NCBI GenBank assembly: GCA_965637545.1
Contig: OZ281497.1
Coordinates: 18,476,001-18,540,000, forward strand
Source: Phallusia mammillata
Lineage: Eukaryota
Direction of reading: 5' to 3'
DNA: 64,000 nucleotides
Under the pieces are notes generated by a model. It was not told the origin of the DNA. It was given only the letters and a program-made list of their open reading frames with translations, and ran no database searches. The translations under genes were made by a program, and so were the position numbers. Positions 38,701-50,411 of this stretch are shown piece by piece. The stretch's first letter is position 1. Each line of letters opens with the position of its first letter.

Positions 38701-41700
38701 ATGGGTCCCCTTCTATGAAGGGGACACATTGTTTTTGTCCGTATTTTTTTTCTTTTTTTCTTTTTTCTGTCTAACGCTGGTTTGTTAAACACGTTTGGTC
38801 AAGAAAGAGTGCTCCAAATTTAATGAAATTTACACAAATGTTAGTTATTAATCCAAATTTGATCCTCCTGAAGTTTGACCCCAAATGACCCAGCGGTTCA
38901 CCCGCAGGCCCCCAAAACGTATTTTTTTAAAAACGGCTGTACTGACTAAAGTACATCATCTCTGAGTGATATGCTGTGTTGTTTGGTGCAATATAAGATA
39001 TTTCAGAGAATTTTGTATCTTTTTTTTGATTCACCCCTTAAACCCCCAAATATTCATTTCTGTCTAACGCTGGTTTGTTAAATGCGTTTGGTCAAGAAAG
39101 AGTGCTTTACATGTATTCAAATTTGCACAGATGTTAGTTATTTCACCCATTTTACCCCTTAAACCCCCAAATAATAAGTTTTAGGCCAAAAATACAAGCC
39201 CTAATGTGCTGAAATGTTAAACAATTGTTTGCAGTAGGTTATTCGTTCAGTACTTAAAATTTTGCCTTAATCAGCCAAATAGTTACTTTTACAGCCCATA
39301 ATATGTGTACACGTTCAGTCAGATAGAAGTCTCAACTCTCAAGGGAGTAATTCACTTGTTTACGATTAAGGCGGGTGAATGCAGCGGGATTTCTCAGCTT
39401 GACATCCGGACAGGCGTTTTACGAGACAGTCGTTTCGGTGATTAGAAATCAGCTGTTTTTGCGCAGCTATGCTATGTCGTTTTATTGAGTATCAAGCACA
39501 TTTTCAGTTGTGGAAAATTGTGTTAAAAACTGACCTTGAACGACAATATCAAGGTCAAAGCATGAGATTAAGTTAAAAGTTTTTTCCCCGTTCTTATGTA
39601 CTGTTTTTTTTGTAATTATATGACAATAATGATGCAAAAAGAATACGGACAAAACTTTTAAAGCTGGGTTATTGCTAAAGTTGGTTAAGTTTTTTCTTAA
39701 GAATCTAAAAATAACCAGTACGTTAAATCCGCACAAACACGCGTGTGGGGACCCATCTGTTTTTGCTTGCAAAAACAATCATATATGTAGATCAAATGGT
39801 GTGTATAGTAAATTGGTAAATATCGTATAGAATATATAAAATGGAAGTATATCAGAAAGCCACCTTTCTAGTTTTACTGGTGATTGCACCAAACCTTAAT
39901 TCAAATATCCTCCTCCCCACACAAATATTAAGAAAAGATAGTTTGCATGTAGTTTTCTGTTGATAAAGTGTGGTGTGTTTTTATTTTGATCTTGTAATTG
40001 GCACAGTACTGTTATTTTTCTCTACTGACAGATCCAAACTTTGAAAATGCAATTTACCCTAAAAAGCTGCCTTTCTCCAAATTTGTGCCTCGAATATACA
40101 ACGAAATCAAGCAATTTATCCTTGCCTGCCTCAAGTACTGTGAGGACCTGCACCTCAGGTCAGTCTGTGTTTTTTGTATTCTTGGAGCTGCCTCAGTTTC
40201 CTTCCTGGTTTAACCACAATAGGGTGTGTAGAAGAATGCCAATGCAATGCACCCTGTAATGTCAAGGACACTAACTGGCTTTTACACAATTTTGCACTTT
40301 GTGGTTCTACAGTAAAGCACAGGACAGTTCAAAGATGAGGCACATTTTTACTACTGTACAGTTTATAGTTAATGCTTTTCTATGTATTTAAACGCTTTTC
40401 TATCCATTCTTACAGTCATAAATTTCAAAGACATGAGATTGGTAAAACTTAATGTTCTTTGTGAATAAGATAACATGCATATAATTTGAGACAACAGTAC
40501 TAAAAATGATTTTTTATATACAATCAAGTGTAATACAGTCAACGACAATGCTACTTAACTGTTGTTTTTAGCATTTTAATCATGAGCCAATTAATAAATA
40601 CTCACATGGTCTAGCAATAACAGTGTTTGTTTGCCATGCTGCAAGCCCATACATTCTACCATGCCATTTTTATCATTACAGTTCGACGGAAGTGGATGAC
40701 ATGATCAGAAAATCAACAAACCTGCTGCTAACACGGACGCTGGCATCCGGCCTTCAGACCTTGGTGCAGAAACCTTCTCTAGGTCTTACTGAGGTAAGCC
40801 TAGGGCGACATTTCAAACACTTCGTTTGCAGCAAGCAGCGAAAACTTTCCAAACCACGTAAAAACTACCTTCTTACAAATGCGTAGTTATTACGTACGCT
40901 CATTTACAAACATGTGTTAAATTTTGTGAATGAATTACACAAAATATATTTTGGCTTCTGCATCGAGGAAAGGCAATGCCACATTGACCAACTTGTATAT
41001 GGATTGCCGACTTTAATTCGGTGCACGTTCGTGGAGAGTCTGGCTTGTGTGGAAGTTTAGTGTCAATTGGGAAGCATAAGTGTTAGGTTGGAGTATTCTC
41101 ACATTACAAACCAGTGGTTGCGCCTAAACTGTTTAGAAATTAGTAGGGATGTGCCAAAACTGCAAATGTTCTGTTTGGTCGAGCACCGAGCATCTCACTT
41201 TAATCCCTAGAAATTAGCAATTTTCTTTAGAACGTGACTTGCTTTTTAGCTGGTACAAATTATTGTGAACACGACACACTTGGAGAACTCGTGTCGTCAC
41301 GTTGAGGAGTTTGTCCACTCGATCACTGGAGTCAGAGTGGGAAGCGCACACTCTGCAAAGTTGGTCGGAGTTTCAACGTTCAAAGACGCGCGGAACGGAA
41401 CAGAATCTCAGGTGAGGCATCTTCTGTCGCAAATACGATTCGGTACTGAAAAAAATATTTGTGTTTGCCAAAAATCGACGTTCTGACTGTGAAAGAAATA
41501 GGTGTTACAACTGGACGACTTACTTTAGGGAATTTGGACCAAGAACTGTTTAAATTGCTAATGTCTTCTTGGGGTTCCGTATTGGCTAACATTAAACCAT
41601 GATCAACGCATAAAGGAAATACTGGCATTGTTGTGATGAAGGTCATACATCACGCTGAAATATTAACCTCAAACTTGTTGTGGGTTTGGCATATGCTAAA

Positions 41701-44275
41701 GAACGTTGCTGATATCTCAATTTGCGACCATGTTTCCTGAATATGTCTTTGTTTTCGGAGAATCGGCCGCGGGACAACATGTTGTGTATGAATTGTATCT
41801 TTGTTAGTTTATTGCTCAAACATTTGAAAATGCACATTTCAGTGTTACAGAGGGTTGAGAACTTTTTAATTTTCATTTTGTGGAATGATAACTAGTTTCA
41901 AAGCCGAAAACGTGGCAGTGAAATTTCTCCACTATGTTTACTGTAAGAATGAAAATCCTTGCTTCTCCACAGATGTCCTGAACATTTCAATTTTGGATAT
42001 GTTGACAGGCATACACCCTCATAAAGTATTTTTAACGACATTTGTGAATATCCCATGGGTGATAATGACGATCAAATAATACGCCTTCATTTATTTGTAC
42101 CGTTTGATTACATTGTATTTGAAAAACCGAGCATGTTTTTCAACATGTTTATGTTCCAGTGATCAATGTTTGAGCACGTGAACGTTTATTTACACTGTGG
42201 CCTCATTTAACGCAGATATACAACAAGCTGAACAGTAAGATTGATGAGTTTTTCGAGCTTGCTGAGTATGATTGGAACATGAAAGAACCGCGTGGAAGGG
42301 CAAGCAGATATTTGCTCGATCTCATCGCCTTCCTGCAACACAACTTCGAAGTCTTTACCAACCTTCCGGTATTGTTTCTGCTGCGCATACGTGAAATGTC
42401 AAAATTTCTGTAATAATCTACTACGCTCTTAACATTTTGTTGTGTTGTGGGATGTGTTGTTCACTACAAACCCCAAACAAAACTTCTTGCAAAATACTTT
42501 TTGGTTTAAAGTAAAATAACAATTACAGAGGATTTAAACTTTTTTAAAAGTATTTTGTCAAACGTTTGTTTTGAACCGTCAAAGCAAATTGAGGTAAAAA
42601 AATGGCCTTTGGGTATGTAGTGTTGCGTTCCTCATTTTATCGGCCAATCTGTGCCTTTGTTTAAAACTATTTGTGTTTCCACAGTCAAATGTTGCACAAA
42701 CTGCCTGTATGTCGGCATGTCGTCATATCAGCACGAGTTTAATGGAACTGATTATGGATCGCGACATTAAGCTCATCACCATGGCAGCTCTGCAACAATT
42801 TAACCTGGATGTGATGCAATGTGAACGTGAGTCGAAAAAAATCAGCGGTTATGACGTAATGAGTGGTATTGGTCCACTTTACATATAATATGAAAGAATG
42901 GCAAAAGAGGGACTAATCTGCATCTATTTTTTAGCACTTTTCTATACGGTGGCATAGCTAACCCATCTACTGAACTGTAATACCCTACAAGGCTACAAGA
43001 AATAAATTTGTTTGTATAGTGTTTGGATATTTTAATGGTGAAAATAACGGCCCAAATAGATGTAAAAAGCGACATGCTTTATTGTTTAAACGTTTCGGCA
43101 AATGCTCATGCCATCATCAGTGATATAAAGGCCACATCAGTTACACCCGTTTATATACACTTGTCTTTTTTATGTAGCCTTGTATAGACATGGAAACTTA
43201 AATCTTCATAGGCTTTTATACATTTGCTCATAGCATTTTAAAGCAACCAAGTCGTTTCGTTTCTAGTTTTCTCCAACTCGGAACCGGTTCCAGGCTTCCA
43301 GGATGGAGCTCTGCAAATGAGTTTCGTCGAGTTGCGTCAACTTCTCGATCTCTTCCTCTCATGGGATTGGTCATCGTATTTGGCCGATTACGGCAGCGGA
43401 AACAGCAAATATCTTCGCGTCAACCCCGGCACCGCGCTCAATTTGTTAGAGAAGTATGTTTTTGTGTCACTAGTTTGGGGAACATTCCCATGTTAGCATG
43501 GGTTTTTATATCAAATTGTTTCCTTTAATGAATTGTATATTCTCATGCTGTCCGACAATAGCGGCACTGTCACATGTAAATCTTAACATAGGCCTACAGG
43601 TTATATCGAACCAGTTTCTTTACATGATTCGGTAAGATCAGTGGTTCACAACTCATTCAGTTTGTGGACCACTAGTTGAAATGAAAGAATGTCGTGGACC
43701 ATTCGTTTTTTAAGTTTTTGAATAATGCATTTACAACAAGCTTTTTAGCTTAAAAAATATTTTTACAAAACCGAATTTTTATCAGTGACAAAATGATTGA
43801 CAACCATTTTGACATCACTATTCTACTTATAATATGCAACAAACTTGCGTTTATCACCAATCTCCCAAATATCATCATAGACCACATTTGGTGTATGGAC
43901 TACCAGTTGAAAACCACTTGTTTAGTAGTTTTTTTCTGCGCATATAGACAAGGGCATTGGGTCAAATATGGACTACTGACCACCGGGTGATAAACAAACA
44001 CGCACTCGAACAAATCTACTTGACAGCGTTGACCACATGGCGACCGTCGCTTGTTTGTTGTCACAGTCGACAGTCCTTGTGACGTCAAATATTCCAAAAA
44101 CAGTTACGTAACCCGGAGCATCGGAATGTTGGGAGTAAAACACTTTGTTTTTAGAATCAAGGAGGAAAGGGGCCATCGAAACATTTTCACATCCTTAAGC
44201 AAACAAGAACGCGAGAAAAAGAAGCTTCTGGAAACAGTTGTAAGGCAGCTGCGCGGGATTGTAAACGGTAAGTGA
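29710..44275 (+). CDS. EXOC6: Exocyst complex component 6 (Sec15). Canonical short start at ATG 32040; alternative long N-terminus from ATG 29710; two large NPF-rich cassette exons at 33798-34310 and 34749-35384
   Basis: EHERILNEIETTDTAFIGASLR|AVYEG...HDRDIERMCNFHYQGFIESITEL, DLVDFSPVYKCLHI, YYRTQRKNQARLVLQPP, STEVDDMIRKSTNLLLTRTL, KIDEFFELAEYDW, QQFNLDVMQCE, LRQLLDLFLSWDWSSYLADYG, KKKLLETVVRQLRGIVNGK*. Confidence 0.95.
30595..30712. mobile_element. 118-bp hAT-type MITE in an EXOC6 5' intron
   Basis: TIRs CAGTGGTCGGCAACC / GGTTGCCGACCCCTG (14/15 match); 8-bp flanks GTGTATAG / GTATATAG (7/8, TSD-like). Confidence 0.85.
35830..36797. mobile_element. 968-bp non-autonomous hAT element containing a nested MITE
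   Basis: TIRs CAGTAGTTCTTAACC / GGTTAAGAACCACTG (14/15); perfect 8-bp TSD ATTTACAC at 35822-35829 and 36798-36805. Confidence 0.9.
35996..36437. mobile_element. 442-bp hAT-type MITE nested in the element above
   Basis: TIRs CAGGGGTGCACAACC / GGCTGTGCACACCTG; flanks CACTAAGG / CACTAAGA (7/8); a T20 run follows at 36446-36465. Confidence 0.85.
38701..39360. mobile_element. Probable non-autonomous repeat (Helentron/DINE-1-like organisation) in an EXOC6 intron; right end approximate
   Basis: Begins after a T run with the hairpin GTCCCCTTC-TAT-GAAGGGGAC (38705-38725). Internal direct repeats of about 49 nt at 38765 and 39058 (2 mismatches) and 20 nt ACCCCTTAAACCCCCAAATA at about 39033 and 39154. 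Family assignment is inference. Confidence 0.45.
43639..43920. mobile_element. Possible degraded hAT-type MITE
   Basis: Ends CAGTGGTTCACAACT / AGTTGAAAACCACTTG resemble the other hAT TIRs in the window; no TSD found. Confidence 0.4.
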
Positions 44276-45484
44276 AAAAAAGGGATGACATCATACAATG
44301 TAATTATGACTTGCATTCAACGCTTGGTGCACGGCCTGATTTAATCTCGGAAACATTTTAATTGAAGGAGCATGCTTTTTGTTTGTTAACCCATACCGAT
44401 GGTTTGTTCAAATCAGAGGTTTCTCAAATCCCTGATCGCTTTCGGAGACAAAATCCAAGCAAAACTATTGCGAAAGCTTAGTCTCTTACCTATGTTAACA
44501 GTATGTAGTTAGCGTTCAAATGTAGAAATAACAGTATGGACCTCATTTGTAAATAATTTTTTTATTTTTTTAGAAGTTCCCAAACCTATGTCTTTTTAAA
44601 TTTATCTAAAAATTATTTAAAAAAATTACCTCTTGGGTTGACAACCTCTGCTTTGAATTGTTTGGTAGTGACTTACATTGAACAAAATGCAAGTACTTCG
44701 CAAATTATTTTTAGTTTCATATTGTTTTGTGTTTGCACACTGTTATTGGTGCCTCTGTGTTATTGTTCTAATAATGTTGGGCCAATACGCAGCATAACAC
44801 AATGGGTCGTTGATGTTGCCATGTTTCTTACCAGTTTAGTCTGCTTTTAATTTTTCGGCTTGTTGGAGGTGACGCATGTCAAGAACGACCTGATTGGCCC
44901 ATCTAGTATCTCAATCTCACAATTGCAATTGATATTTTACAAAAAATACAATTAAATGTCACCAAAATTAACAAAACCGAATAGTTTTCGCTAGTTCTTT
45001 CATAGCTGTAGACATTTTCATTAAGACAGGGACAAAACAAAGCTTTAGCTTTTTAGCAATCAAATTTTTGTTGCGGTGATCCTATTATGTTCGCTTATTC
45101 CAATGTTCTTTTTTGTTTCCGCTGCTTTCTGGTCGAATAAACAGCTGCTTGAACACCGGTGAAGAGGACTCGATGGATTCGAAACGGTGCGAACCTTTTT
45201 GATATCCATAAAATTAAGCCTATATATGTTTGTGATTTGGCAGTTATTTTTATGATTGGTGGTCCTTATTTATTTGAAATTGCTTCATATTTTACCTATT
45301 ACAGTTTTACTACATATCTGGCCGTTTAGAAAGCCACCATAATTCTATAGATGTGTGCAACTTTGCCTTGTTTATGACCAATATAAAGTTGACTGTCTAA
45401 CAAGTACAATACCATAACCAGTAGCATGTGACAATACAAACTAATTACAATAAACAAAATATTATTCAAAAAGCATGATAACGT

Positions 45485-46477
45485 TCAGCTAAACCGTGTC
45501 CAATATTTTCTGGTTTCTTTCCACCAAGCAGACGGAGATGTTGCAAGTCCACGCAAACGGAAGCGTTTCTTCAGTTCAAGTCGAAAGTGACTCCAGTACT
45601 GCCCCAGTCCCCTTGGTCCCTTTGTTGCAAACATTACATTTCTCGTTAAAGTAGTTTACCATAACAATCAAAGAAAGTTAAACCCCATCAAGTGAGGACT
45701 TTTTAGTGTGTCTAATTCTACATAAATGCCAAGAATATAAATACCCAACCTGACTGAACTACATGCTTGGTGGTTTGTCGATTGGCGAGCAATATGCAAC
45801 TTAATACCCTTTTTGAAATGTGGCGCATTATTTATGTACATCGCACTTAATTTGGACTGAAATATATCTAAGCCTGTGTTATTGCGACAGTTTCTTTATA
45901 GCGCTAATGCGCTTGTCATTCTAAAACATCGCACCATGGTCAATGTTTTGACGTTAAGATCGTAAAGCCTGCGTGTATTCCAGGTGCTTAAAGTGGATTT
46001 TATTCTGCTCTCTACTGTTTTATCGGGATTGCTGTTAGACGTTGCTCCGTTATCACCTTGTATCTCTTTCCTCGTCTTTCTTGGTCTCCACTTTTATTGA
46101 TCCTATCCTTCACGCTTGTAACAGCATGAATCGCGAGCGCTGTTTTTTTTTCTTGCAGCGTTGCTGATTCCAGATCTACTAAATAAACGCTTATATAATC
46201 GAAAATGTCCATGGTGTGGTCAGGATACCTAGGTGCTGAGCTTGCAACAAGGCGTGACAGGCTTTTATACATGGTATTGCAGGCAACATCACCGACCCAG
46301 TCATTTGCTGTAACAATTTTACACTTGCGCACTACTTAACCGATTTTACTTTGCCACAGACTGGAGCCTGCTCTGCGTCCCACGTCGCAAGCTCAGCCAA
46401 AGCAAAAGGGGCGTTGCGAAGAGAATGTAAACATGACTAAAAGCACTAACTATAGCACTTGGAGACGTATATTGCAT
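45485..46477 (-). CDS. Uncharacterised gene, probably 4 exons; N-terminal hydrophobic segment and Trp/Arg-rich C-terminus; 5' splicing uncertain
   Basis: Open exon-sized frames MQYTSPSAIVSAFSHVYILFATPLLLWLSLR..., NDWVGDVAC...RRGKRYK|SKLSAMY...ACSSV|RNVMFATKGPRGLGQYWSHFRLELKKRFRLRGLATSPSAWWKETRKYWTRFS*; the last two junctions are phase-consistent. Confidence 0.45.
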
Positions 46478-47809
46478 TATTTCATTGTGATTTAGCTGCT
46501 GTGTTGTTTTATTCCGTTCCAAGCCTTATCTGCAGATATAATTATCTACGTGTATTTTACACTGTACGGTTTGTGTACAAAAAGTCCGTCCAACGTGGGT
46601 GTCCCGTATGTTCTTGCCCAAACAAAGAGAGAGGTTTTTACTATTTACAAAGAACTAAATGAAAACACTCGCGTGATTTAATGCAGATTAACTGACCAAT
46701 CGCAGGCGTAAATTCGGCCTTGGAGTTCTGCAATTATACGTGGCAGTTCTGTCACGTGACTCGTGGCCGAATGCAAAAGTTTCCACTAACCCTTTAAGTT
46801 TCCCACAGAACCACCGGAAACACGCAGTCATTTACAAGCTAAACAAAACAAATGCTGACTGTGAGACCTGATGGTATTAGGATTCCCAAACCGGTTTTCC
46901 CAGCTTTGCAGCTATAATATGTGGCAATTCCGAAGCTGCTTCAGTTGGGTTTTAGCAGAACGCTAGAACGTTGCAACTTGCGTGATAGATTTTAAACGGA
47001 GTTGCAAATTGGCAGTTTTAAATTAGGCCTACTGTCATCGCGACCCCCAGTTCAGCACAATTTATACGCGTGCTGTTGAACTGTGCATTCGTGTGTTAAA
47101 ATTAAGTCAAAGTTAGAACTGCTACGTTAACGTTTTTAATACAGATGCTATGTTAATAACTAAACGTAATTGTTTTATTTTAATCTTTTTTATGTAATAG
47201 GGATGGTTTATTTTGTTGCAAAGTGTTAAAGCAAAGTTTGTGGTAGGCTACATAGGATACTGTAGGCCAGCAAGGTGAATTTCCAAAAGATCCGAATAGC
47301 AAACTCTATGCTGATATAATTAATTGAATTGAAACCTGCTCCAAACTTTAGATTGCATTACTGGAGTTATTATTATTTATCATGGCACTGGGCCCGATTG
47401 TTGGAAATACGTCTTACTGGAAATCGTGACTGGAGTTATCTTCGTCCAAGATTGGAAGTATTATTTGTCCGGCACCGGCTATGGGCTAGCCTCTTGATTA
47501 AACTTTAATCTAAAAATTAGGCTAATTAATTTTGCATAATTTTCAGGGCAACCACATTTCGTAAATGTTAATACTGCAATGCAAGTATCTTGACGTAGAT
47601 ATACCGGTAATCTCATCTGTCCAGCCAGCCTGGTTGCATTTTGCATGTGTGTGGTTTAGTGTTGCAGCAAGCAGTACTATTCTCAAGGCAAAACGTACGA
47701 AGGAATTACTTTACGTTAGGTCTGTATAACTAATGTTAACTTTGATTGAAGTATCTTTTTTCATTTTAGGCATTTTTACTAGCCGCCTGTATAGTAAGTG
47801 TTGAATAAA

Positions 47810-50370
47810 ATGTCTTGGTTTGAACGGGATCACTGCTACACCAAACATTGGTCTGAAGAGCGTTTAAAGGACTCTAGCCGAATAATTCCGGTAAAAACAG
47901 TTTTGACTCCCTGCCAACTGTTTGGAGCTACAAGCCAAATCAGGTAAGAACTATCTTGTTTTGATAAATCAAATATAAAACAAACAATTTTGTATGCCCC
48001 AAAGGCCCAAAAGCTCAAAGCATTGCTCATAAATTGTAAGGCATACATTTTTACATGAACATGAGTAATGTTCACCTTATACAGAATGTAGTGTCTCAAC
48101 TTTTACCATATTTTTGGCATTTGCATTTATCACATGTACGTTTTATTCAAATACATAAAGTATACTACTATATGTTTGTTACTTTGTTTATATTACTTTT
48201 ACAATTTAGCTTTTATGTCACTTTTGTGTAGTTTGTAAGGGAACATACCAGTATTTTGGCAATGTAATACACTACATCAGGGGTGGGGAACCTTTTTGTT
48301 TGTGAAGGCCGCCAAACGGTTTATCGACACTCGTTCAGGCCGCACAGACTATTTCTCAGACCAAGGACAGTGGCCTTCAAACTTTTTGACCTACAGAATG
48401 GTTGATGTGCTATTGGACTTACGGTCCAAGCTAAATAAAATTCGTCACTACATTCTCTCCCTCACTACCACATTCAGGATTTTATTAGCATAAAAACTCG
48501 CTTGTTTATCAATATCAATCTAAGAGCAGCTTGTGACATCACAGACGAGTTTAAGACATTCGATTATGCACAAACAATTGTTCTTTTGCAACACAAGTAG
48601 GATTGTAGAACCTTGGTCTCTTGGCAGTTCTGCGGATATCGCTTTGTGTACCTTTATGCAAACATTTGGCTCTTGTTTCAAAACCGCTGCCCTAGAACCA
48701 ATCAAATAGTAATGTGGAATAAAGGTAAAAAATACGTTTCTGTCTAGTTTTTAGCGCCTGGTGCAGTGTGTATTATCAACATCCTAAATTGTATTCTGAC
48801 ATCGAAGGCCGCACTTAGTGCCCTAAAAGGCCGCATGCGGCCTTTAGGCCGCAGGTCCCCCACCCCTGCACTACATCATATACAACTTTTGTTTCATCCC
48901 ATGCATTTACTATTGCAGACCAAACAAGAACTCTGACCAGAATGATTCCGATTCGGACAGTGAGGTAAATATCCTGGGTGCAAAGAAACTATTATTTTAG
49001 TTCAAGTTGTTTTGGAAACAATAGTTTGTGTTTTTTTGTCCAGATTGATGTGGACACATGCGACGAAAATCCCAACACAATTGGCTCATCATCTTGGCAT
49101 TGTGCTGACCAGAAAGCTCGAATGCAAATGAATGAATGTGAAAGACATGCCATTGCCACAGCAAACAAAAGCTTTGCACTACATGACCAAGAGCTTGTGT
49201 GGGAAGATACAATAAACAAGTATGGCCCAATGCTGCTATATGTGTATATATACTTAAACTGTGCATTTGAATTATTGTTTTGTTTAGGTCTTCTTGGGGT
49301 ATCATGGAGATGAAATTGTTTAATCGTGTAGTAAGCATCTTGCAGAGTGAGAAAATGGCAAGGCTGGCTTACAAAGGGGTGTGTATGTTGAAAATATGTT
49401 CCTTGTTCTTTTACCTTAAGTCAGTGGTCCCCAACTGCATAGGAATTTTAAAACTTGAGAGAAGGAATGTACTTTATTTAGCATGTGGTTGGAATAGACA
49501 CTTAAAGTCTGGGAAATATTACCTGTGAGGTTGATAAATGGCCCAATTTTAAATGATTTTTTATGGTTTAGAATCCACTATGTAGGATATTAGTGGGGAA
49601 TGAAAATATTTTAAATTTTGAAGGGAGGAATTTGTTGAAAAATCAAGAAAACACTGTCTTAACTATTGTCTTCTTTTCAACAGAACAGTGATGAAATAGT
49701 GTTGCGGCGACTTTCAGTTGACCGGTCAGCAGCTCGACTTCGCAGTGCACTGACCAGTGTTGGTTGGTCACTCAAACTGACTCAGTGGTTACATTTACTG
49801 CTTATTGAAAAACTGCCCACAACTTTACTATCCATTTATTTAGACATCATGCAAACACTAAGATCAATGGTAAGTTGTTGTTAGTTTGTTTATTTATAAG
49901 TTTGTCTGCTATAGTTTTTTTGAAACTTATATTCTGTAACTCACACAATAACTAGGTAATTTAAAACTGTAGTTTCTGTAATAAGAGTTTTTAAAATGTT
50001 ATAGGTGCCAGCATTGGTAGAAAGAATGATTATGCCTTCTCGTGACACTGGTACTGGGGCTAGTGAAAGACTCGGTATTCTCTTAAAAAGACCATGGGAT
50101 CCTGCAGTTACAGCAGTGGTTTCAAATATGAAACAGGTTACTTTCTGAACCTTTACCATTTGTTTTTGTTACATTGAGTGTTTTGAAATATTTACTATGT
50201 TTTGCAGCAAATGAACCTTGGCCACTCCATTCTGTTTATTGTGGTGCAGTGTACTGTAATGCAATCATCAATGCCTGTTACTTCTCGACGTTTGAGATTT
50301 TGGAATTCATTGCTCAGTCAGATAGGAAAAGTAAGATTTTGTACTTTTAATATACAAATGTTTATGCAGA

Positions 50371-50411
<41 letters not shown>

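Noticed and set aside
50377-50408. Poly(A)32 as a retro-insertion tail
   Set aside because: No upstream SINE/LINE body or TSD was recognisable.
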